From Mobula hypostoma (lineage: Eukaryota): 64,000 bases of DNA. Made by a program: the position numbers and the translations under genes. The notes below the pieces were generated by a model. The model ran no database searches, was not told the origin of the DNA, and was given only the letters and a program-made list of their open reading frames with translations. Below, piece by piece: positions 1 to 13,302 of this stretch (the first letter of the stretch is position 1; each line of letters begins with the position of its first letter). Location: assembly GCF_963921235.1 (NCBI RefSeq), contig NC_086109.1, forward strand, positions 16,308,001 through 16,372,000, in the 5' to 3' direction.

Positions 1-149
1 GGTGACCCCATTCGAATGATGCAGTAACTATCAGAATCAGGTGTATTGTCACTGACATATGTTGTGAAATTTGTTGTTTTGTGGCAGCAGTACAGTGCAA
101 GACAGATGAATGGATAAATAGAAAGATAAGGTGAGTCAACAAGGTAGAA

Positions 150-1659
150 GGGGAGTTGTGATTGCCTTCTAACACAACTTAGAGGGATTCTCTGGAAAGG
201 TGGATCTTACCACTGCCAGAGGTTGACCATCCAGAGCCTTAACATCAATACTCTTGCTCAATTTCCAAGTCAGAGTTCTCCATTTTTGAGCCAGAGAGAT
301 ATCCATGAGGTTCCTGACTGCCCTGGAGTCAATAAATGCCTGAAGTTCATGGGTCTGATATCTCCACAATAAGGAAGCTGGGTGCATTACACAAGTACAA
401 GAAGGTGCTTGCAGGGAGAATCAACCAGTCGGAATTCACCTTCGTGCTGACAGAGAACCTCTTTAACTGGCTAACTGGGACGCAATGCTGGGAAGTGTTC
501 TGGATTGCCCTGGTAGAGGCAGGAATCTGCAGCGATCTCGTTCCTCCTCAGGTAGGAGCATGCACCTCCTGGTTAATGAGGGAGAGGGTGAAGACAGGCA
601 GTGATCTAAGGAGTAGCTTTCTTTCTCTGCACCATTCATCTGCCTAGTTGTCAATTCAAATGGCCAGGTTTATCAGGTCGTTTAGGCTGTCCTACTCATC
701 ACCCACATCAATCACGCGCAGAACCTCTGTGCTTAGCTCATGCTGGAAAGCTCTCATTCCATCCCGTCTCAACCCCAAGAATGTGGAACTTTATCACATA
801 GTTCTCTCACTGTCCCTTTCCCTTGGCACAGGTTCAAGAGTTGGTGGGCAGCCTCTGGACCCCGTACAAGAACATCAGAATTTCTCTTGACCTCGTCTAC
901 AAATTGCTGGGGTGCCTGGGCTGCAGGGGAACCTTGTTCCCATAGAGAATTGAACAAGCTGTGTGGGGGTCCATCTTAGAGATTCACCAATTCATATGTA
1001 GCATCACCAAATCGACCTGACTGGGGTAGGAAGGTCAGCTCACACTATTTAATAAAACTCCTGCAGCCATCGGGGTCACCAGAGTACCTGTCTGGTGAAG
1101 GAGTACTCAGTTCCTGCTCAGGTATTGTCATGGGAGTCAGAGCACAGCGGCTGAGGCTGATGAGACTGTTAAAAAGGAAGATGTGGGCAATACTGGGAGT
1201 GGAACTGACCTGCCTGAAGGCTGTTGAGTTGCGGAAGCGAGAGCAGTGATGGCTGTCACCGGATTCTGGTTGTCGGTAGTAAGCTGCCGAACCACAGCTG
1301 TTAGAGCAGTAATTGCGGCCACCTACTACCAGTTGTCAGTAGCGAGACGCTGAACTGTCGCTATAAGGCCTGGCATTTGTTCTTCCTGCTTGGAATGGGC
1401 CTGCCACTTTGAAAGTAGCTGTTGCGCTGCATGAGAATCTTCAGACAACTTAGATTCTACTGATGTTAGCTTCTCCTCTACGTACTTCGGTCTGGGCTGG
1501 GTTTGTCGTTCTGTGAGTAGCTGTTGCACTGCAAGAGTCAACTCTGCCATTGCAGCCTCGCCTGACGGTATCTTCTCTCCTATCTGACCAATAAATGTCA
1601 GGGCCATGGTCAGCTGTTTTCTCTCAGCTGGGTACATTTTCTTTCTGGTTGAATCTTGC
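150..1659 (-). mobile_element. Degenerate Ty3/Gypsy (Sushi-like) internal region: gag + aspartic protease remnant
   Basis: Gag starts MYPAE at ATG 1637 just after the LTR. PSPDRYSGDPDGCRSF gag-like motif near 1060-1100, degenerate Zn knuckle (CLYQGNPEHF) near 490-525, protease-like LQAFIDSRAVRNLMD near 300-345. Multiple stops and frameshifts. Confidence 0.8.
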
Positions 1660-2147
1660 TGACAAGAATGTGCAGTTATGGCCCAAGTGCAGAGAGAGAG
1701 AGACACTGAAACAGCTCACCGGCTTTTAATAAGAACTGTGCAGAATTAAAGGAAGAACAATAAATGCTACGCCAAAACTCTCAAACTGAAAGCTAACACA
1801 TCACTGCAGCTCAGAAACAGTATTTTAACACAAAGTAAGTACCACTCCTTCAGTATCAATCTAAATGGCAGTCTTCTTTCCTGGAACAAGGACAAGGGTA
1901 AGCGGGGAACATTGACGTTCCTGTGCTTTACATCAAGATTCGACAAACCTGAAATGAGTGGAAGGGAGTTAAATACAATCACAATGAAACACTAATTGGC
2001 AGGAGCGTGCATAGTCACGAGTATGATTGCTTACCCTGCTCCGCAGCCCGCCTGCGAGCCCATGGTTGGAAGTTTTAACCTGAAACAATAATTATGTTCT
2101 CCCAGCCATGGAATTATCACACTATTGCACCAAATCATGACGTTACA
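1660..2147 (-). mobile_element. 5' LTR of the Gypsy element
   Basis: Minus strand begins TGTAACG (2147) and ends TTGTCA (1660), about 20 nt upstream of the gag ATG; contains ATTAAA on the minus strand. Confidence 0.65.
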
Positions 2148-2221
2148 ACATACTGCGATAGCACCAAAACAGATCATCCATGATGCCCACCAAACTAGTC
2201 CCATTTGCCTGCATTTGGACC

Positions 2222-4676
2222 ATGGTAAGGGTGCTGAGGAAGAGGATTTCTTGGAATGTATGAGGGATGGTTTTTTGAACCAACCTGTCGAGGAACCAAC
2301 TAGAGAGCAGGCTATTCTAGACTGGGTATTGAGCAATGAGGAAGGGTTAATTAGCAATCTTGTTGTGAGTGGCCCCTTGGGTAAGAGTGACCATAATATG
2401 GTGGAATTCTTCATTAAGATGGAGAGTGACATAGTTAATTCAGAAACAAAGGTTCTGAACTTAAAGAAGGGTAACTTTGAAGGTATGAGACGTGAATTAG
2501 CTAAGATAGACTGGCAGATGACACTTAAAGGGTTGACAGTGGATATGCAATGGCAAGCATTTAAAGATCGCATGGATGAACTACAACAATTGTTCATCCC
2601 AGTTTGGCAAAAGAATAAATCAAGGAAGGTAGTGCACCCGTGGCTGACAAGGGAAATTAGGGATAGTATCAATTCCAAAGAAGAAGCATACAAATTAGCC
2701 AGAAAAAGTGGCTCACTTGAGGACTGGGAGAAATTCAGAGTTCAGCAGAGGAGGATAAAGGGCCTAATTAGGAAGGGGAAAAAAGATTATGAGAGAAAAC
2801 TGGCAGGGAACATAAAAACTGACTGTAAAAGCTTTTATAGATATGTGAAAAGAAAAAGATTGGTTAAGACAAATGTAGGTCCCCTAGAGACAGAAACAGG
2901 TGAATTGATTATGGGGAGCAAGGACATGGCAGACCAATTGAATAATTACTTTGGTTCTGTCTTCACTAAGGAGAACATAAATAATCTTCCGGAAATAGTA
3001 GGGGACAGAGGGTCCAGTGAGATGGAGGAACTGAGGGAAATACATGTTAGTAGGGAAGTGGTGTTAGGTAAATTGAAGGGATTAAAGGCAGATAAATCCC
3101 CAGGCCAGATGGTCTGCATCCCAGAGTGCTTAAGGAAGTAGCCCAAGAAATAGTGGATGCATTAGTGATAATTTTTCAAAACTCTTTAGATTCTGGACTA
3201 GTTTCCGAGGATTGGCGGGTGGCTAATGTAACCCCACTTTTTAAAAAAGGAGGGGGAGAGAGAAACCAGGGAATTATAGACCGGTTAGCCTAACATCGGT
3301 GGTGGGGAAACTGCTAGAGTCAGTTATCAAAGATGTGATATCAGCACATTTGGAAAGCAGTGAAATCATCGGACAAAGTCAGCATGGATTTGTGAAAGGA
3401 AAATCATGTCTGACGAATCTCATAGAATTTTTGGAGGATGTTACTAGTAGAGTGGATAGGGGAGAACCAGTGGATGTGGTATATTTGGATTTTCAAAAGG
3501 CTTTTGACAAGGTCCCACACAGGAGATTAGTGTGCAAACTTAAAGCACACGGTATTGGGGGTAAGGTATTGATGTGGATAGAGAATTGGTTGGCAGACAG
3601 GAAGCAAAGAGTGGGAATAAACGGGACCTTTTCAGAATGGCAGGCAGTGACTAGTGGGGTACCGCAAGACGCAGCGCTGGGACCCCAGTTGTTTACAATA
3701 TATATTAATGACTTGGATGAGGGAATTAAATGCAGCATCTCCAAGTTTGCGGATGACACAAAGCTGGGCGGCAGTGTTAGCTGTGAGGAGGATGCTAAGA
3801 GGATGCAGGGTGACTTGGATAGGTTAGGTGAGTGGGAAAATTCATGGTAGATGCAATTTAATGTGGATAAATGTGAAGTTATCCACTTTGGTGGCAAAAA
3901 CAGGAAAACAGATTATTATCTGAATGGTGGCCGATTAGGAAAAGGGGAGGTGCAACGAGACCTGGGTGTCATTATACACCAGTCATTGAAAATGGGCATG
4001 CAGGTACAGCAGGCGGTGAAAAAGGTGAATGGTATGCTGGCATTTATAGCGAGAGGATTCGAGTACAGGAGCAGGGAGGTACTACTGCAGTTGTACAAGG
4101 CCTTGGTGAGACCACACCTGGAGTATTGTGTGAAGTTTTGGTCCCCTAATGTGAGGAAAGACATCCTTGACATAGAGGGAGTACAAAGAAGGTTCACCAG
4201 ATTGATTCCTGGGATGGCAGGACTTTCATATGATGAAAGACTGGATGAACTAGGCTTATACTCGTTGGAATTTAGAAGATTGAGGGGGGATCTGATTGAA
4301 ACGTATAAAATCCTAAAGGGATTGGACAGGTTAGATGCAGGAAGATTGTTCCCGATGTTGGGGAAGTCCAGAACGAGGGGTCACAGTTTGAGGATAAAGG
4401 GGAAGCCTTTTAGGACCGAGATTAGGAAAAACTTCTTCACACAGAGAGTGGTGAATCTGTGGAATTCTCTGCCACAGGAAACAGTTGAGGCCAGTTCATT
4501 GGCTATATTTAAGAGGGAGTTAGATATGGCCCTTGTGGCTAAAGGGATCAGGGGGTATGGAGGGAAGGCTGGTGCAGAGTTCTGGGTTGGATGATCAGCC
4601 ATGATCATACTGAATGGTGGTGCAGGCTCGAAGGGCCGAATGGCCTACTCCTGTACCTATTTTCTCTGTTTCTATC
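2222..4676 (+). mobile_element. 5'-truncated CR1-clade LINE ORF2 (end of endonuclease + RT) with 3' UTR
   Basis: ORFs 2125-3141, 3299-3850 and 3851-4594 carry [28 protein letters not shown] and NLWNSLP. Broken by frameshifts near 3105 and 3250 and a stop at 3848-3850. Splits an older minus-strand CR1 tail (about 2150-2224 and 4676-4790). Confidence 0.95.
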
Positions 4677-5169
4677 ACTCTAAAACCCTCCCGTCTATGT
4701 ACTTATCAAATGGCTTTTGGATGTTGCTATTCTACCAGCCTTCACCACTTTGTTTTGCAGCTCATTCCACATCTGAACCTGTCTCTGTGTGAGAACTGTG
4801 TTCTCCTTCTACAGATGCTGCCTGACTTGAAGAAAATTTCCAGCTTTTTTCAAATTTTACCTCAGTTATCCGTCATCTGCAGTTTTTTGTTATTATTCAG
4901 CATTGTTGTAGGGAAACATGGAGTTGGTAACAAGTTCAAGTTTAATTGTCATTCAAGCATACATGAATACGGCCAAAAGAGACAGTGTATCTCAGGAGCC
5001 AAGGTGCAAAACACAGCACCAATGGCTCACAGCACATATTGTTACGATTCCCATATGTCTGCTGTTCTTGGGGTATTCAAGGCAATCTTAAGAGTTTGAG
5101 TGAAATACTGGAACAGTTTGCGTCTGTGGAACCAAATTCCTTGCAAAAAAAGAGGGAAATAGAGAACCG

Positions 5170-5338
5170 TAAACACAGGAGATTCTGCAGATGCTGGAAA
5201 TCCAGAACAACGCATACAAAATGCTGGAGGAACTCAACAAGCCAGGCAGCATCTATGAGAGGAACAAGCAGTCGATGTTTCAGGTTGAGATGCTTCATCA
5301 GGATTGGAAAGGAAGGGGGCAGACGCCAGAATAAGAAG
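5170..5338 (-). mobile_element. Penelope-like element 3' repeat fragment
   Basis: Matches the tail of the 45358-47102 element; degenerate hammerhead core CTGATGA...GAAACATC on the minus strand. Confidence 0.75.
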
Positions 5339-5750
5339 GTTCAAGGTTCAAAGTTCAAAGTAAATTTATTATCAAAGTACATTTATGTCACCATATAGAA
5401 CACTAAGATTCATTTTCTTCTGGGCATACTCAGAAAATCCATAATAGAATAATAACCATAATACAATCAATGAAAGACGGTACCAACTTGGACATTCAAC
5501 CAGTATGCAAATGATAACAAACTGTGCTAATACAAAAACAAATAATAATAAATAAGCAATAGATATTGATAACATGAGCTGAAAAGTCCTTGAAAATGAG
5601 TCTACAGATTGTGGGAACATTTCAGTGATGGAGCAAGTGAAGTTATCCCCTCTGGTTCAAGGGACTGATAGTTGAGGGGTAGTAACTGTTCCTGAACCTG
5701 GTGGTGTGAGTCCTGAGGCTCTTGCACCTTCTTCCTGATGGCAGCAGCAA
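5339..5750 (-). mobile_element. Rex1/Babar-like LINE 3' end
   Basis: AATAAA followed by a (CTTTGAA)n-type tail on the minus strand. Same tail recurs near 11297, 20145, 22070 and 47470. Confidence 0.65.
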
Positions 5751-6309
5751 AGGTGGGGGGTGGGGGGTAAAGAAGGAGAACAAATAGAGAAGATACAGTG
5801 CAGACCTGATGACTCTTCCGATTCATTTCGATAAATGTTGCCCTGGATTTCCTGTGAGACAATTTCCTCTTTATTTATGTGTCACCTTCCCTCTGTCACA
5901 GTTGACTTGGCTGCTCTCTGTACTTCTGTCCTTACCCCATCTCCTCCCAGCTAGAACATGGATACAATTTCTTTCATTGTGAACAGTTGTTACCATACAA
6001 CCATCAGGCTCCTGAATCAGTGCAGATAACTTCACTCACCTCAGCATTGAACTGATTCCACAACCTATAGATTCACTTTCGAGGACTCTACATCTCATGT
6101 TCTCAAGATTATTTATTTATTATTTTTTACTTCTTTGTTTCTTCTTTTTTCTTATCATTTGTACAATTTGCACATTGGCCGTCAAGCTTTGTTATTTATA
6201 GTTCTTTATAAATTCCACTGCATTTCTTTACTTTCCTGTAAATGCCTGCAAGGAAATTAATCTTAAGGTGACATACTGTATATGTAGTTTGATAATAAAT
6301 TTACTTTGA

Positions 6310-6725
6310 ACTTATCTTCACCATTCCGCGTTAACTGCTTCCAAATTTAACTGATTATTCTCCATAATTTCTGCGAAAATTGAAGATACTGCTGTGGAAA
6401 GTTCTGTCACTTCCAAAGGGATTTGAATGCCAGACGCAATTTCTCTTCTCCTCTGCTTTCAGGAGGAATGCTCCTTCAGCAGTTCTCTGGCTCACCCATT
6501 CATTTCCACCAGCTACTCCCCTTCTCAAAGCATTTTCCCATGCAATGGCTGGAGACGCAGGACCTACCCCTTTAGCTCTCCCCTCCCCGCCGTCCATGGG
6601 CCCAACACTTCCTGGGCGAAGCACAGGCTCCAGCACACTTGTTCCAATTTAGTGTGTCGTACTTGGTGTGCACAATGAGGATTTTCACTGAAGAATCCAA
6701 ATGCAATTGAGTGAACACTTTCAGA
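6310..6725 (+). mobile_element. Old degenerate Penelope-like fragment (RT thumb to GIY-YIG start)
   Basis: Diverged similarity to the 45950-46350 segment of the intact copy; TCSNLVCRTWCAQ corresponds to TCESTGVIYCVRCSR. Confidence 0.5.
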
Positions 6726-8189
6726 ATCAGGTTCAGTTTAATATCTCTGGCGTAATGTAGGTCATGAAATTTGTTGTTTTACGGCAGCAGTACATTCCAA
6801 TACATAAATAAAACTGTAAAAAATCAAAAATCTGATGGTGCAGGGGAAGAAAACATTGAGCGTGTGTCTTCATGATCCTCCTTGGTGGTCGCAATCAGAA
6901 GATAGGATGGGGGTCCTTCTTGAGGCATTGCCTTTTGAAGATGTCCTGTATATACTGGGGAGGGTAGTGACCGTGATGAAGCTGGCTGAGTTTACAACCC
7001 TCTGCAACGTTTTCCGATCCTGTGCAGTGGCCCCTCCGTACTAGATGGCCACGCAACCAGTTAGAATGCTCTCCACGGTAAATAAGTAGAAATTTGAGAG
7101 TCTTTGGTGACATACCAAGTCTCGGCAGAGCACCCCAGTTGAACCTGGGTCTCTGGACTTGTCACTCTACTAGCTAATTTATTCCACTGTATTTCAGATC
7201 AGCACATTAACCCTACTAAACAGTATAGGCAGGTCTGTAACAGTATTTTCATTTGTGGTGCATTGTTTAATTGATAACTTTTGTAACATACACTCCTGAA
7301 CTTAGTTGCTGTCTGTGTGAAGTATGCACATCCTCCCTGTGACCATGTTGGTCTCTTCAGCCATCTTTCCTATGTTACGTCAGAATATTAGAAAGAATAT
7401 TTTATAGTTATAGGGTGGGAGAGTGGCACAACGTCCAACACCAGAGACCCCAGTTCAATCCAGACTGCAGGTACTATCTGTGCAAAATTTGCAGGTCCCC
7501 CTGTGACCACGTTAGTCTGCTCTGGGTGTTCCAGTTTCTTTCCACATCTCAAAGGTGTGCGGGCTGGCCACTGTAAGGTACCCCTAGTGTTTGCTGGGCG
7601 GTGGAATCGGGGGGAGGGACTGTTTAAGAAAGGTGGGAAGTGTAGGAGTAATGGTTAAGTTCAACTTTATTTTCACTCAACTGTATACATGTGTACCGCC
7701 AAATGAAACAACAAGGCGCACACGCAGAACACCTGAAGTAATATTACCACAAATATTTAACAAATTATAAAATATATTCCAGAAGATTAACATTTAGCAT
7801 AAAGTGCATTTACAAGACAAGTTAAAAAGTCAATAGTATAACGATTATGGCACTTTATCGGGGATGAGGCCTGGGTGGTGGCAGGGAGTTCAGTCGTCTC
7901 ACGGCCTGGGGGAAGAAACTGTTTCGCGTCTTTATAGTCCTTGTCCTGATGCTACCGTACCTTCTGATGATGAGGAGGTCAAAGAGATTGCAGGACGGAT
8001 GGGAGCGATCCTAACAAGGCTAAGGCCTGCGTACGCTCAGTAGCCTGTTTCTCTGCTGAATCTCCATTATTCTCCCGGGGTAATGTAAAACTGCGAGGTG
8101 CCAGTAACCTCAGGAGCTGCTTTGACCTTGGGGCGGGTGTCAGGTGCAGCGGGACAGGGAGAGTACCAGGGACCTGAAAGCAGGTACTT

Positions 8190-8830
8190 GAAGATGCGGC
8201 TGACCCGAGGCTCACCGGTCCTACACCCTTGAAATCACCAAGACATCAGATGGAATCAGTCCCAGTGGCGAAGGGGACGCGCGTACGGGTCGAGATATGC
8301 AGTGCTGCTGACGGGAGCGCGCAGGGAAGCGATTCCCTCCTCCTGCCTCCCGTCTCTGCCAGCAGTCCCGTCACTTGCGTTCGCCGATCGACGGGGTTGC
8401 GGTGGCGGACGCGCCTGGTCCACGGCGGGAGCGCGCGCGCACGCTGATGTGAGTTGGGTATGTGTGTGTTTTCCTTTGCAGTAATGCGGCGGCCCCAGTG
8501 AAATGCGCCTGAAATAGAGCGAGGAGGGGTGGGAGGACAAATCTATTCCAAAGGCGGGCAGACAGGAGAGACAAGGAGGACAGGTAAGAGAAGGAGCTGC
8601 GGACTGGTGGGGAAAGGGAGCCTGGTTCGGGAACTGCGGCCGGCCGGGCGCAGCGCTGGTAAACTTGGTCGCTGCGCAAGCTGCGGTACCCGCCCGGAGC
8701 GATCGCGGAGCTCGGGAGTGGAGACAGGGATACCGGCAGTGGGTGTCACACATAGGAAATACAGTGAGCATTGTAAGAACGGGGAGCCCACCTTACCAGG
8801 AACTCATGGCGCCTCTGTGGAGAGCGCTGT
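8190..8830. promoter_or_regulatory. CpG island, probable promoter and first-exon region of an unidentified gene
   Basis: Sharp local CpG and GC enrichment in a CpG-poor window, non-repetitive. GCGCGCGCGCACGC at 8431-8444. Consensus-like donors at 8449 (+, GTGAGT), 8584 (+, CAG|GTAAGA), 8215 (-, CCG|GTGAGC) and 8796 (-, CTG|GTAAGG). Confidence 0.8.
8482..8583 (+). other. Candidate non-coding 5' exon
   Basis: Acceptor ttttcctttgcag| at 8481 and donor CAG|GTAAGA at 8584; contains only two very short uORFs. Confidence 0.5.
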
Positions 8831-10011
8831 AGGTGCAAAAGATGCTCTCCTCGCCCCCTCCCTTTCTCATGCAATTGAAGACCTTGAAAAGATGTGCAAA
8901 GGTGGGGGACCTTGGGCCTCCTGGATTCTCAAATAAAGCCCCATTCATGTAAGATTAGAGAGTTTCCTTACGTGGGGGCGTGGTGTGGACGTTCTTTTGG
9001 GATGGGCCCTTCTTCGCGGTGAAGAACCCCATCTGATACACCAGCGAGGGACAACCCGCTGTGGATTGTAGACCCCCTTTCAAAGGATCCTAAACTGCGG
9101 AAGCGGCCCTCTGACAGAGTAAATTTGCGCCCTTGGGACTCTTTTCCAGGGCCGTGGAGGCAGCGTTCCAGGGGGTTGGGTGAGGAGGAGAACTCCTTAA
9201 GGGAGCTGCACAATCTTCAGAGATCTTCATTGCCTGCCAGGATATAGATCTCCATTGCCAAGATGATTTGCGTGGTCACCTAGGAAGATTGTGATCATTC
9301 CCCCCCCCCCAATCCCACGGGGAAGGGTGTCAATCCCCTATCCCTCTCTGTGATGGTGGGGTGATCTTTGTAAATGCTGTGGGCTTTGTGAGACCTGTCC
9401 AACCCAGCCGTTCCTGGCCATCCAAGTAAATTGTAACTCAAGCAACGCGAGAGACGCCCGCGGTGGACGGGTCACGTTACTCATTATTCATTCAGTTATT
9501 CACCGGGTCGTTGCTGGGTGTGTTTTTTTTTATTCTGAGGGTGTGGAATCTAATTTGCTATCGATTTGGTGCAGTTTAACGAGGCACTCTGCATAGTTGG
9601 CAGCCGGGCAGAAAATGCTCCACACTTTCTCCATCCGGTTGGTTTTATTCTCTGAAATGCATCTAGCGCTCAGTTCGACGAGAGATGCGGGACTTGCGCG
9701 GCCTGCCTCTTCATAAATTGCCGTGTCCTCGGTTTGAGCTGAGCCAGTCAATTCCGTTTCAGCACCGACTGCACTGCACGATCAAACCGGGTGATGTTTA
9801 GCTGTCAGCTCCAAACTGAAAAATGCAGGAAATAATACATCTCAGTAGCTGCCCTTTAAGTGCTGGTCTGATTTCCAACCAGTTCCCTGTACACTTTGAT
9901 TAATTAATGTTTCGCATGCGCGCGAATGGACCCTGGGCTATCAGTTTGAAGCCGGTTCAGTGAGGAGAAGTGACTTTGTCCTACATTGAAACAGAGCCAG
10001 GCTGTCAGTGA

Positions 10012-10160
10012 ACACACGCAAAATGCTGGAGGAACTCAGCAGGCCAGGCAGCATCTATGGAAAAGGATAAACAGTCGACGTTTCGGCCCGAAACCCTTCA
10101 TCGGGACCTTGTGTGTATTACTTTAATTTCCAGCATCCGCAGATGTTCTCTTGTTTGTGA
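10012..10160. mobile_element. Short Penelope-tail insertion with inverted segment
   Basis: Minus-strand tail with hammerhead-like core (10072-10108) joined to a plus-strand terminal piece; GTCAGTGA lies near both ends. Confidence 0.65.
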
Positions 10161-10741
10161 TCAGAGCGTCAGTGAGCCCGATGTCACGTTTGATCCCCAG
10201 GTGAGATCTGGATCAGATATCCGGGCCTTTACTTCTTAGGCTCGGAAATCCTCTTCCAAGTCTGGGTTACCTCGAGATCTGACTATCCCCACACGCTCCT
10301 GACCAACCCGTCCGCTACATGCCTGAATTTTGAGCTCATCCAAATCGCTGCTGTCTGTGTCCCACCCTCCTAGTCTCATTTGCCTAACGACTCCGTCCTG
10401 CTTAATCTACGCTGAGCTCCTTGTTATTACAGTAAACTGATGTTGAAGATTTTGCCCATCTTTAAAATACCCCACTCCTCATCTATGTATCTCTTCCTGT
10501 CCTATAACAGTGCAACATATCTGCATTCTTCTACTCTGGTCCTCTGGAGTATTGCAGTCTGTCTTAAACTGTAAAGTCCTAAATTGTGGAAAACCCTCCT
10601 CCTCCCTGGACTCTGCCTCTCTTATTCCAACTATGGCAGGGTCTATCCCCTCTGGCCTAGCACAATTGTTATTTGTTTTTATTTCTGTGAAGCACCTGGA
10701 TATTTTGCTTTGTTAAGGCTACACCATAATTTTATAACAAA

Positions 10742-11115
10742 GATGAGGAGGATTTTTTTAATTATCCAGAGAGTGGTGAATCTGTGGAATTCATTGCCAC
10801 AGACAGCTGTGGAGGCCAAGCCGTTGAGCATATTTAAAGTGGAGGGTGATAGGTTCTTGATTAGTCAGGGTGTCAAAGTTTGCAAAGAGAAGGCAGGAAA
10901 ATGGGATTGATAGGGTCTTGATTAGTAAGGGTGCAGCCGTACGATTTGGTATATTTAAAGCAGAGGTTGATAGGTTCTTGATTAGTAAGTGTGTCAAAGG
11001 TTACGGGGAGAAGGCAGGGAAATGGGGGTGATGGTGCAATAAATCAGCCATGATGGTAGAACAGACTTGGTGGGCCGAAGGGCTTAATTCTGCTCTTATG
11101 TCTTATGGTCTTATA
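10742..11115 (+). mobile_element. CR1 3' end fragment with internal duplication
   Basis: QRVVNLWNSLP coding segment plus the same 3' UTR type as 4440-4676. Confidence 0.8.
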
Positions 11116-11740
11116 AGAGGAAACTGTTGATTATATTTCTGAATGCATGACTAGTGGACCGGAGATTTGTTCATTCTTGTTACTTCACGGACAGTTATAG
11201 TAAAATATTACAGTGGGGTAGACGGCAGATTGAGGATGGTTTGGCAATCTGACTGCATATTACTTATTTCATATTCACGGTCTCTCTGAAAACAGGTTCA
11301 AAATTCAAAGTAAATTTATTATCAAATAATATATACTTTACCATATACTATCTTGAGATTCATTTTCTTGCAGGCATTTGCAGGGAGAAAAGAAAAACAG
11401 TAGGATTTCATGAAAAAACTACATACAAAGACTGACAGGCAGCTATTTTGCAACAGATGACAATTTGTACAAATAAAAGTAATCCTGTGAACAGGAGTTG
11501 AAAGGAATCCTTGAAAGTGAGTCTGGAGTTGATGGATTCAGTTCAGAGCAGTGGTGAATGAAGTTGTCCATGCGGGTTCAGGAGCTTGATAGTTGAAGGT
11601 TAAAACTGTTCCTGAACCTGGCTGTGTGGCACCTAATGGTAGTAGTGAGAGGAGGGCATGGCCTGGATGGTGAGGGTCTTTGATGGGTGCAGCTTTGTTG
11701 TGGCAGCGCTTCATGCAAATGTACTCAGTGGTAGGGAGGG

Positions 11741-12091
11741 CCACCTAGCCAACACACTTTTCGTCCCTCTTCCCTCCAGGAGAAGGCTCAGGAGCTTGAA
11801 GACTCGTATGGCCAGATTTGGGAACAGCTTCTTTCCAACTGTGATAAGGCTGCTGAACGGATCCTGACCCGGATCTGGGCCGTACCCTCCAAATATCCGG
11901 ACCTGCCTCTCGATTTTTTTTTTGCACTACCTTACTTTCCCTTTTCTATTTTCTATTTATGATTTATAATTTAAATTTTTAATATTTACTATCGATTTGT
12001 ACTCCAGGGAGCACGAAGCATAGAATCAAATATCGCTGTGATGATTGTACGCTCTAGTATCAATTGTTTGGCGACAATAAAGTATAAAGTA
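11741..12091 (+). mobile_element. Rex1-like 3' end nested in an opposite-strand Rex1-like fragment (about 11297-12165)
   Basis: Encodes HLANTLFVPLPSRRRLRSLKTRMARFGNSFFPTVIRLLN; ends AATAAAGTATAAAGTA. Confidence 0.7.
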
Positions 12092-13302
12092 CCTTTGATG
12101 GACTGGGCAGTGTCCACCACCTTCTGTAGCTTTTTCCATTCCTGGGCATTGGTGTTTCCATATTAGGGGCTCATTCCAATTTCTCCCCGGTTATGGGACT
12201 GACACTTTGCAATTTGTCCATGAAAAGAATGAAATGGTACAGAAGATATTCAAATAAATTCTTATCAGAAATAAAGAAACTAGTGAAGTGGAAGTGTTGA
12301 TTCTATCCCGAATCGCCTCTGCTTCTGTCACACCTGCCATTGATAGTCCAATGTCATGTTTACTGGCTAACCATGCAAATTACTTCAAGATGATATCAAA
12401 ATGAAATTACCAATTTTATGATTAGGGAAGTCTTGGTAAATACAAGGATGTCCCTTTAGAACAGAGGTGGGCAGGAATTTCTTTAGCCGGGGGTAGTGAA
12501 TTAATTGCAGCAGATGGTTGTGGAGCCCAAGTCATTGAGTATATCTAAAGTGGAGGTTGATAAGTTTTTGATTCGTAAGGGAGTCAAAGGTTATGGAGAG
12601 AAGGCAGGGGAATGGGATTGAGAGGGAAAATAAATCAATCATGAGATTGATCATGAGGTGGAGCAGACTCGATGGGCCAAGAGGCCTAATTCTGTACTTA
12701 TGTGTTATGGTCTTATGGTTGTACTATATCGATGCACTGAGACAGACAACATCTTTCAGTTAAAAATACGACATGTTATGCCAAAGCAGGCTGTGTACCG
12801 AGAATGCACTCTGTAGGAATTAGTGGTCTACAGGATTGTTCTGGATCAGCAGGATTTCAGTGATCTGGTCAAGGTCAATGAAACTTTAATCTATGTTGTA
12901 GTGAGGGAGAGGAGGGAATTTCCAGATAGACTTGTCCAATACACAGTCGCACTCCAGAGGAAAGCAAAGGCTCAGGGAGAGATGTGGAAGTAGCACGGTC
13001 TGAGGAAACGCAGAGCAGAATATTTTGCCAGTTTCTGGAAGTGCTTGTTGTGAGGAAAGTTTCTTTTTTGAGGAGAAAAGCTACAAGATAGGTCATTGTG
13101 CCCTAAAATGCTGCCTATTCAGTGTGAGGGTGTGGGATAAAGAGGAAATGAGAACTGTGGTAGTACAGAGGAACACAGGACGTAGCAGAAGATATTAGAC
13201 ATCCAGCCCCTTACATCTGCTCCACCAGTCAGTAAAATCATGTCTTCTACCTCAGCATTTTTCTTCGTATCCTGTAAAATCCAATTATCTGTTGTGATTA
13301 TT

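Noticed and set aside
150..1659. Domesticated PEG10/RTL-like gene
   Set aside because: Multiple stops and frameshifts, degenerate knuckle and protease motifs, LTR still attached.
3493..4608. Minus-strand ORFs over the CR1, and similar ones over the RTE and Penelope copies
   Set aside because: Antisense shadows of transposon coding frames.
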